A stretch of DNA of 64,000 nucleotides from the human T2T-CHM13v2.0 reference genome, Homo sapiens: assembly GCF_009914755.1 (NCBI RefSeq), contig NC_060936.1. One strand, given 5' to 3'. Under the pieces are notes generated by a model. It ran no database searches, was not told where the DNA came from, and saw nothing but the letters and a program-made list of their open reading frames with translations. Positions within the stretch are counted from its first letter, which is position 1; each line of letters begins with the position of its first letter. This document shows, one piece after another, positions 54,383 through 64,000 of this stretch. A program made the translations under genes and the position numbers.

Positions 54383-54989
54383 GTTCAGTTTTTGTAGGTT
54401 TCGTATGTGTAGAAGTTTGTGCAATTTGTCTAAGTTATCCAACATTTTATCATAAGTTGTTTATGGTACTCTTTCATAATACTTTTTTATTTCAGTAGAA
54501 TTTGTACTGATTTTTACAATTTTAATATTTTATTTTACATACTTTTATTTCTGATTTTAGTAATTGACTGCCTTCAATTTTTTCTATCTCCTATTTAATT
54601 TACGTTTTCTCTAATCATTGTTATCTCATTTTTTTTGCTAGCTTTGGATTATTTTGTTATTTTCCTAGTTCCTTATGTTGTAACATTAGGTTGTTGGCAG
54701 TCGTTCTCTTTTTTAAATGTAAGCATGTATAGCTATAAATTTCCCCCTTAGCACTGCTTGTGTTGCATCTCATAAGTTTTGGTATGTTACGTTTTCATTA
54801 TCATTCATCTAAACATTTTCTCATTTCTCTTGTTATTTATTTTATCCATTGATTGTTTAAAAATTTATGGTTTAATTTCCCCAAACGTGTAAATTTTCCA
54901 TTTTTTTCTTCTATTATTCAGTTCTAATTTCATCCTATAGTTGTAAAAGTAGATAGTTCGTACAACATTAATCTTTTAAAATCTATAGA

Positions 54990-55300
54990 GGCCAAGTGCA
55001 GTGACTCACGCCTGTAATTCCAATCCTTTGGGAGGCTGAGGCGGGCAGATCATTTGAGATCAGGAGTTTGAAACCAGCCTAGGCAATATGGCAAAACACT
55101 GTCTCTACTAAAAATACAAAAATTGGATGGATGTGGTGGCTCAAGCCTGTAATCCCAGCTATTACAGTGACTGAGGCGAGGATCACTACAACCATGAGGC
55201 AGAGGCTGCAGTGAGCCGAGATGGTGCCACTGCACTCCAGCCTGAGTGATAGACTCTGTCTTTTTTGAGATTCTGTCTCAAATGAATAAATAAATAAATA
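54990..55300 (+). mobile_element. AluJ-like
   Basis: Sense Alu with gaggatcac and gaggctgcagtgagc; TSD aaaatc(t/c)atagag. Confidence 0.92.
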
Positions 55301-57982
55301 AAATCCATAGAGACTGAATTTGTGGTCTAATATCCAATCAGAAAATATACCTTATGCACCTGAAAAGAATGTGTTTTCTGTTGCTGTTTGGTAGAGTGTT
55401 TGTATATGTCTCTACATCTTAGGTATAGTTCATTTATTGAGCTATTCATCTGTATTATTATTCTGTCCATGATTGAAGTCTTTGACTATTATTATTAGAA
55501 CTATTTATTAGAATGTTTTATTTCTCCATTCAATTTTTTTTCAATTATTCTTCATATATTTTGATGGTCTGTTATTAGTTATATATGTGTGTATAATTTT
55601 TGTATTTTCCTGCTGTATCAAATATTTTATTAATATATGATATCTTTTTCAGTCTCTTGTAACTTTTTAAATTTAAAGCCCATTCTGTCTGATATTAGCA
55701 TGACCACCTCTGTTCACCTTTAGTTCCTATTGGCATGAAATAACTTTTTACATCCTTCCACTTTAATTGTGGCCTTTGGATCTAAAATGAATCACTTATA
55801 GACACCATATACAGTAGCATCTAGTGATTATGTTTTTAAAAAATCAATTCTATCAACTTTCTTTTGATTGGAGAGTTGAATCTATTTCTATTCAAAGTAA
55901 TTACTGATAAGAAAGGTCTTACTGCTGTTATTGTGCTGTTTGATTCTTGCAGGCCATATAGCTTTTTGTCCTGCATCTTCTGCATTACTATCTTCTTTTC
56001 TGTTTGCTTAACTGATTTTTCATAGGAAAAGATTTTAATTTCCTTCTCATTGCCTTTTGTGTATGTTGTATAAGGATTTTTTTTTGTGGTTGCCCTGGAG
56101 ACAACATTTATTATCATAAAGTTAAAGCACTCTAATTTGAATGTATACCAATTTGACTTCAATAACATACAAATTTTCTTCTGCTTCACAGCCCTCTCCT
56201 CACTCCTTTGAGTTATTAATGTCACAATATTACATCCTCATATACTCTGTGTCCAGAAACAGAAACTGCCATTTTTAGTGCATTAGTCTCTTAAATTACG
56301 TGGAAAACAAAATGTGGTATTAAAAACCAAAGGTAAAATAATACTATCTTTTAGACTAATAATTTTTAAAATGTGTTAGTCTCCTAAATCACACACCAAA
56401 AAGATTGAGTTATAAACCATTATTAAAATAATATTAGATTTTATAGTTTCCTGTGCATTTACCTTTACTGAGATCTTTATTTCTTCACATGACTTTGAGT
56501 TACTGTTTAGCATTATTTTTATTTCAACCTTCAGTAATCCCTTTAGCATTTCTCACAGGACAGATCTAGTGGTAACAAACTTCTTTAGCTAACTTCTATA
56601 GCTGTTTTCTTTAGCAAACTTTCTTAGTGGTTTTTTTTTTTTGTCAATTTTGAAAGATAGTTTTTCTGGATATAAGATTCTTTGTCCACAGGGTTTTCTT
56701 TTGTTTCAGCACTTTGAAAATATTAGCCCACTCCCTTTCATCCTCCAAAATTTCTGGTGATAAATCTGCTGATGATCTCATCGAAAATCCTGTTTGTTAT
56801 TAAGTCATTCATCTTCTTGCTTTCAAGGCTCTCTCTTTTTTTGTCTTTCAATAGTTTGATTGTAATGTTTCTCAGTGTGGTTCTCTGTATTCATTCTACC
56901 TAGAGTTCATTAAGTTTCTCGAATGTTTATATTCATGTCTTTCATCAAACTTTCAAAGTTTTTAACCATTATTTCTTTAAATAACCTCGACACTACTTCT
57001 CTCTCTCTTTCTCTTTTCTGCAACTACTGGGTTGTGGCTGTTTGTCCATTTCATGATGTCCTCAGCTAGCTTAGGCTTTGTTCACTTTTATTCAATTATT
57101 TTTCTTTCTGTTATCTTAAGACTATTATTTCCAATTGTCCTATCTTCAAATTCACTGATTCTTTCTTCTGTTCATATATGCCCTTGAATCCCTCTAGTGA
57201 AATTTTCATTTCAGTACTTTTATATTTTAGCTCTGAAATTTCTCTTTGATTTTTTTAAGGTTTCCAATCATTTTATTTATATTTTCATTTTGCCCATACA
57301 TCATTTTCTTAACTTTCTCTACATTATCCTTTAGACCTTTGAGCATCTTTAAGACACTTATTTTAAAGTCTGTCTTGTAGTTCTGCCAGCTGGTCTTTCT
57401 AAGGTACAGTTTCTGTAGGTTTTGTATTTTTCCTTTGAATGGGCCTTAGTTTCTCATTTTTTGCATGCTCTGTAATATTTTTGATAAAAATAGTACGTTC
57501 CATCTAATAATGTAACTCTGGTAATCAGATTTTTCCCCTTTTTCATGTTTTTTGTTTGGTTTTGTTTTCATTGTATTATGTTTTTTATTGTTATCAACTG
57601 TCTTTATACTGAGGATCAATCTGAAGTGTAAACCTGAAATCTTCTGAGGTGTTTTCTGAGCCTGCACCTTTCCCTGGGCATGCATGGAGACCTTCTCATT
57701 TTCCCTATATGCTGTTTTTTTTTTAATATCCTAGTATTAAATGACTGATTCCCAAAAGAAGAAAAAAGAAAAAAAAAACTGAAAGGAGAGTGGATAATGC
57801 ATTAGCCTTTTAAATCCCTGAAAATTACTTCAGCTTAAGGAGAGAGGCTTACAACAAGGTTACGGGGTACAAAATGTCTACCTGCCTCTGTATCTGTACC
57901 TCCACGATCAGAAACATGAGGTTAGAATACAGATATGAGGTTAGAATCACTGATAGATGGAAGGCAGAATACTTATTGCCCA

Positions 57983-58098
57983 TGGAATTAGTCAGAATCA
58001 GTTTTATATATAATTATATGCTGTATATATGCAATATTACATATACAATATGTAGCATATATTAAACTAATATATTATGGTGTGTATGTATGTGTGTG

Positions 58099-58134
<36 letters not shown>

Positions 58135-58505
58135 TATATAGTCTATCTACCTATCTACCTATCTATATAATTGGCTCACAGTTATAGAGTCTGACAAGTC
58201 CTAACATCTGAAGGGTGAGTCAGCAAGTTCAAGACCCAGGAAGGTCCAATGTTTTACTTTGAAGATGGTAAGGCAGGTATAATTCTTTCTCATTGGAGTA
58301 GCATCAGCCTTTCTGTTGTACTTAAGCCCTGATCTTATTGAATAAGACTCACCCACATTAAAGAGGGAAATCTGCTTTACTTATTTTACCAGCTTAATTG
58401 TTAATCTAATTCCAAACATTCCATAGAAACACCCAGAATAATGCTGGACCAAATATCTGAACACCCCATGACCCATCCACTTGACACATAAAATTAACCA
58501 TCACA
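57983..58505 (-). mobile_element. MLT2B-like solo LTR containing (TA)n(CA)n
   Basis: ..gaccaaatatctg..ttgacacataaaattaaccatcaca terminus. Confidence 0.85.
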
Positions 58506-58823
58506 CCCACCTTGGTTCCTGCTAACTGTGTGAAAATTGCTCTGGAACACGCGTAGGACTGTCTGCCAAGAGGTTGGAGGGTGAGGAATGCGTAGCTGCT
58601 GCTGAGAAAGGAGCTGAATTTGACCAAAAGTAATGGCGATTTACCATTTAAGTCTTCCTCTGGAAGTTGCGAAGCTTCATGAGACTCCAGAGTCTAGTCA
58701 GACAGCTTCTGGCCATGCAGCTGTTATCTAAGTGGAGAGAGATTACTGGTATCTTTAATTCCACTATCTTCACAGAATCGTCTCTTATTTCTACTATTTT
58801 TTGACTTGATATTGTATGTAATG

Positions 58824-59187
58824 TGATATGGTTTGTCTGTATCCCTACCCAAATCTTATCTTGAATTATAGCTTCCATAATCCCCATGTGTTGTGGGAGG
58901 GACCCAGTGGTAAGTAATTGAATCATGGAGGAGGGTTTTTCCCGTGCTGTTCTCATGATAGTAAATAAGTCTCATGAGAGCTGATGGTTTTCTAAAGGGC
59001 AGTTCCCCTGCACACGCTCTCTTGCCCGTTGCCACATAAGATGTGCCTTTGCTCCTCCTTTGCCTTCCGCCATGATTGTGAGGCCTCCCCAACCATGTGG
59101 ATCTGTGAATCCATTAAACCTCTTTTTCTTTATAAATTACCCAGTGTCAAGTATTTCTTCACATGAAAATAAAAATGGGCTAATACA
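58824..59187 (+). mobile_element. THE1 (THE1C/B-like) solo LTR
   Basis: tgatatggtttg..ctaataca; 5-bp TSD taatg. Confidence 0.95.
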
Positions 59188-59259
59188 TAATGAATATTAC
59201 ATTATTATGCATTCAGATTTTGTCTTTCTTTGTATAACATTGAATTTTCTTTTTTAGAA

Positions 59260-59380
59260 ACCAGCATGGCACATGTATACATACGTAACTAACCTGCACA
59301 TTGTGCACATGTACCCTAAAACTTAAAGTATAATAATAATAAATAAAAAACAAAACAAAAACAAACAAACAAACAAAAAA
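59260..59380 (+). mobile_element. Young L1PA (PA2/PA3-like) extreme 3' end
   Basis: accagcatggcacatgtatac..taaaacttaaagtataata plus A-rich tail. Confidence 0.93.
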
Positions 59381-59869
59381 GAAAATACTTGTTGGGCAAG
59401 TTAATCCTTTAAAATAATTTTTGGTTTTTAAGCATTTTTGACCAAGGTTGTAATAGTATTGGTTTTTAAGCATTTTTAGATCAATATTGTAATAATATTA
59501 ATTCTAATTCTAGCTTAGTTATGCTACTAAGACATGGGCCACCATGATTCTCTGCAAATTTGCTTATTTATTCAGACATTTCTTCAATTGGCTTTTGGAC
59601 AAGAAACCCAGAGGGCATAATTTTACCAATATATTTTCATAGGAATTACTGGAGAGAATGAGGTAAAGATACTTTTGAAATAAAGACTTCACAAAGCAGT
59701 GGAAATGCAGAACATTAAAGGGAATAACAAAATCTTAAGAGTAATTTTATGTCTTTTTTATGACTTCTTTACATATAACCTATCACTTATCATTTGATGC
59801 TGCATGGTTGATGATTTACTCAGATCTATGTTTCAAGTCACATATTTGTTTGTTTTTTTTTATTTTGAG

Positions 59870-60263
59870 AACTATTAAAAATTTAATTACATGCCCTCAA
59901 AATTAATCTTGAAGCCTTACTCCTCAATATAACCATATTCAGAGATAGGACTTGTGAGGAGGTAATTAATGTTGAATGAGGTTAGAGGGTGGGTTTCTAA
60001 CTCAATAAGGCTAGTGTCCTTATAAGAAGAGGAAGAGAAACCAGAGTGCTCTCTCTCTCTCTGGACACAAACGCAGAAAGGTCATGTGATGACAGATGGG
60101 AGGTGCCATTTAAAAGCTGAAAAGAGAGGCCTCACCAGAAACCAACCATGTTGGCAACATAGTCGTAGACAGGCAGCACTCATAACTGCGATAAAGTAAG
60201 TGTTTGTTGCTTAAGCCACCCATTCAGTAGTATTTTGTCATGGTAACCTGAGCAGACTAATAA
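59870..60263 (+). mobile_element. MLT1A/B-type MaLR solo LTR
   Basis: tccttataagaagaggaagaga..gcctcaccagaaaccaacc..ttaagccaccc..gcagactaata. Confidence 0.85.
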
Positions 60264-60652
60264 ACTCTGTAATTTCTATGACTATTTTTTGCTTCTTTTT
60301 TAAACCATTCTAGTCTAATTTGACATTGTCCTGTGTTTTCTACATGATATTTTGATCCCTTTTTATTGTTATTTCTATTCGTTGTGTGAAAATATTATGA
60401 TTCTTTTATCATTTTACTTTCTCTCATAATGGTTCATTTCTTCATATACTTTATTGGTATGAGTTTATCTTGTGAAGATTTTGTTTTGGTTTTGGTTTTG
60501 GTTTAGGAAACCTGCATTCCTTGGGTTAGGAAGCACTCATTCTGGGAGGCTTCACTGTCCTTCCTGCTTTCTCTCTAGGCAGTATATGTCTGTGTAAATT
60601 TGAATCCCACACAGGAAGTGGACTAACCCGAGGGTTCTATTTTATTTTTTCA

Positions 60653-61202
60653 TTTTGCCTATTTGTATTTTCGTGGCCAAAGGAAATTGACAGATATTTT
60701 CTTTTAATTTTCCTAGTTCTCCTTTTATGAATAAGGTAGGTCTTCTTAATGATCTACTTAATGTAAATAGATCGAGTTTATAATCCTACAGGTTTATGAA
60801 ATAGATTTCTGTTTTGTCAATTTATATTTGGCCAAAGGAAATTGACAGATATTTTTCTTTTAATTTTCCTAGTTGTCCTTTTATGAATAACATAGCTCTT
60901 CATAATTGCCTACTGAATGTAAATAGATCGAGTTCATAATCCTACAGGTTTATGACATAGATTTCCTCCTGATTAGAGATTTAGGATGAAACCCCTAAGG
61001 TCTACAGCTGGCTCTGACTAGATATAGAGGAACAATCTTCTAATTAAAGATTGTTTCTCATGTAATGTTTCTTAATGTCCAAAATGTGGAGAAAAATTTT
61101 AAGACACATTAAAATAGGCTTTATGTCTGTATCTCTGACCAGATATAGACCTTAGGGATTTCATCCTTAATCTCTAAAGAGGAGGAAATCTATTTCATAA
61201 AC
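60653..61202. repeat. Composite of tandem duplication, inverted repeat and templated copy
   Basis: About 155-bp tandem pair; 57-bp inverted arms at 60948-61004 and 61146-61202; spacer contains a copy of 61620-61701. Confidence 0.9.
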
Positions 61203-61339
61203 ATAGAGCCATTGACTCCATTGAGCTGTTTTTGTTTCGTCATTGACTCATGGCATTAGTGAGATTCTGTTTAGTTTCTGAAAATTGTGGATTTCTAAGC
61301 ATTTATTAAGGAGTAGAGTCTTCCATGTTAGTCCAATGT

Positions 61340-61512
61340 CCCATATAGTGTAGAAATCTATTTAATATCTTTAGGTCTCTGTTTATAGATCTGTAAAATG
61401 GAGATAAGAATCCCTAATGTACTGGATGTTCATGAAAGCAGTTTACATTAACATATATTAATGACTTAGCATATTTCCTGGTGAATCATAAATATTCAGT
61501 AAATATTAATCA
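61340..61512. mobile_element. MIR remnant
   Basis: tctgtaaaatggagataagaat..cttagcatatttcctgg..tcagtaaatatt. Confidence 0.65.
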
Positions 61513-63399
61513 TTAATATAATTCTAAAAAACATCCGTTTAAATTATGACATATGAAGCTATCAAAACTCACCATTTGAAGCAATTTGAAATTATTCACG
61601 TTTTATATTTTTTCTAACAAAAGATTGTTTCTCATGTAAAGTTTCCTAACATCCAAAAATGTGGAGGAAAATTCTGAGACACATTAAAATTGCCTTTATG
61701 TTATTTGCTTTTGCCTAAGTTTTCTAATATATGTTGAATTTCCTGCAAGTGGCATTATGTTTTGGGTTACTGTCTGAGCTTTGCAATTTTGTACAAAGAT
61801 TTCATGCAAAAAAGGCTACAGTGTTCTATTCTGCTGGAAGCATTTTTCAGTAAATGTATTTTTAATTTTTCTTATACAACTTTGATGTCTAATGAATGGA
61901 TTTTCAAATATTATAATTACAAGAGAGAGGCAGTTAGGTCTGAGGGCAAACAATTTGTAATTCAGAACTTCTGATAGTTTTTGATAAGCCAGTTTAAAGT
62001 ATCTATAAATCTGTGTATATATTATATTAATTTTATTGATTAAAATCATTATAAATTATTTGAAGGATGAATATGGAATCTTTGCTCTTAGAGGAATTAG
62101 AGAATGAAAGGAAGAAAGAAGAATGAAGAGAGAGAGAGAGAGAAAGGGAGAAAAGGTGAATCCATTGAGTTAGATTAGTAAATAATTAAGAGTGGTTAAA
62201 ACAACAATGTTCACACATTTTTAATTTAAGACTGTTCGATCCTTTTAAAATTCATTTGAATCTGCAATTATTTAAGCTGTGAGCTGTGCACTGAAGAGAG
62301 AGTAAAACTATAGATTTTAAGATTGTAGCTGGAGGTAATATATAAATCCAATTGATTGGTCTGGCAGAGAATTGATGCCACAATTTGTACCCAGTGGCAT
62401 TTTCTCTCTCTTACTCAACTGGCTTTAGAACATTATCAGAAAGTCAATATGATATGCCAATATAGTGATATACGTTCAGTCATAAGTCCCTTGTTCAGAT
62501 TAAAACTTAGGCACTCACATTGTGGATAATAATGGACAGACAGCCTGACTCCCTGTCACTCTGTGTCACTCAGAGAGAACTTGACTTAACTTTACTGCAG
62601 GTTACCATACAGTTTTTAGTGTTCCCAAGAGACAGTCAAACCAGTAACAAAGGACGTCTGTCTCTTCAGGACAAAACAAAATTGAAAGAAAGGATAATAT
62701 ATACCTAGAGCTGCAGTCTGACTGCAGAGCATTCTCTAGCAGCCTCCTGTCTCCATCAGCTTTTCCTGATGTTCTGATCAAGTTACCTTTAAAATTCACT
62801 CTTGATTTCATGTTTTGATTCTCTTTCTCTTTTAATTTATTAATGCGTTTACTACCTCAGCATTATCTTTACAGCTCATTCCCTTCCAAGCTTGCTCATT
62901 CCCATAAAACTATTGAGAAAGTTTTACTGTCTTTCAATTCCTTGTATTGTAATTTAATTCTCAAGGTTATTCTATGTCACAAAGGTTTTTATTTTCTTAA
63001 TAGTGCAAAGCTCTGTGAGAGGACCCATATACCATGTATTTTATCTTCAGCAAATATATTCAACTTATTGGCATGTTTCAGGCAGAGTATTTAACTAATG
63101 TTCAGTACTGTTATCAGAAGTTGTGATTTCATAAACTGTTATGCAGTACATTTGTCACAGCTCCCATGTAAGCTTAGTTAAGGCAACATTCTATAGCATG
63201 TGGTGCTTATCAGGTCTACAATGAAGATGACAATTATTTCTGCAATAAATTGTTAAGGCACAACTAGTCCAGATATTTATCAGTGATCGTTCATTTAGGA
63301 TTTCTTTAATTTTGGACATTAGACAGGCAACATAATGCTTAATTATAGAATAAAAATTTTATTCAGTTTACTGTGTAGTTAAGTTTTGCATAGTTACTC

Positions 63400-63740
63400 A
63401 TTTGTACATTTCATTTTAAAACATGTGCTGAATGCCTTTTATGTAATCAGCCTCTTGCACTGTGTGCTAGAATGCAGCTGGGGAATGAAGACACATGGGA
63501 TGTATACTCAAGTGTGGAAAACACTTAGTTCTCAAACATAAATATATGAAGATGAATGTTGGACTGGGATAGGGTAAAAAACAGAGTGGTCATGAAAGAC
63601 ATCCCTGCAAAAGTGGTATTTGAGTGGAGACACGAAGGAGGAAAGATGTGAACTGTGTGGACATGTGGGAAAATGGCATTCCAGACAGAAAGAAAACCAT
63701 CTACAAGTCCTGGAAGTTGGGGCATGGCACAGGTTCAAGG
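63400..63740 (-). mobile_element. L2 remnant
   Basis: aacatgtgctgaatgcc..gcattccagacagaaagaaaacc..gcatggcacaggttcaagg. Confidence 0.6.
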
Positions 63741-64000
63741 AAGAGCAGGGAAACTCACGCATCAGGAAAGAGGGGAAAGAGGGGTGCATCTTTAGGTGCG
63801 ATTCCCCTGAGCTGTGGATTCTTGTGCAAACGATTTATTAAGAAGCTGATAAGGAGGACGGGGAAGCAGAAAAGCTAAACAAAAGTGCAAGTTCAGGGGA
63901 AATCAACACCTCATCCTAATTCTTTGGGTGTTCTGTAATATAAATTACATTGCAAATTCTGTACCGCTTTAAGGTAAGAGAGATGAGCTTTCACACTTCT

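Larger units (their letters stand above)
52375..58800 (-). mobile_element. L1MC/MD-like long remnant (ORF2, ORF1, 5'UTR) with nested U6, Alu and MLT2
   Basis: Peptide WEKIFANHVSNKETISRIFREF; ORF1 and 5'UTR motifs at 56.5-58.8 kb. Confidence 0.82.

Noticed and set aside
60653-60965. CRISPR-like or satellite array
   Set aside because: Only two long units with no repeat-spacer periodicity, in a eukaryotic context.
62705-62739. Palindrome ctgcagtc-t-gactgcag with outer ctagag/ctctag
   Set aside because: Too short for a pre-miRNA and has no other support.

Overview
Primate (most likely human or great-ape) AT-rich non-coding genomic DNA; the exact locus cannot be identified from the sequence alone. 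It is dominated by interspersed repeats: many L1 remnants (L1M/L1ME/L1MC/L1PB/L1PA), 12 Alus (J, S and Y types), MaLR and ERVL solo LTRs (THE1, MSTA, MLT1, MLT2), DNA transposon relics (MER1B, MER30, MER20, MER2), L2 and MIR. I see no credible protein-coding exon, and the ORFs in the track are repeat-derived or random. Subfamily labels come from recalled consensus sequences and need RepeatMasker confirmation. The main non-routine observations are: (1) three tiny poly(A)-less insertions, each flanked by a 15-17 bp target-site duplication (a tRNA-Met 5' half at 17.06 kb, a 37-bp internal L1 ORF1 piece at 37.6 kb, a U6 5' end at 52.6 kb); (2) several templated-insertion or fold-back repair scars (18.0, 40.6, 45.6 and 60.7-61.2 kb); (3) a twin-primed inverted L1; (4) a repeat-poor, motif-rich candidate enhancer/promoter at about 24.7-26.4 kb and a candidate non-coding exon at 22.3 kb. 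None of this amounts to a new gene system. These are traces of retrotransposition and DNA repair plus possible regulatory DNA.
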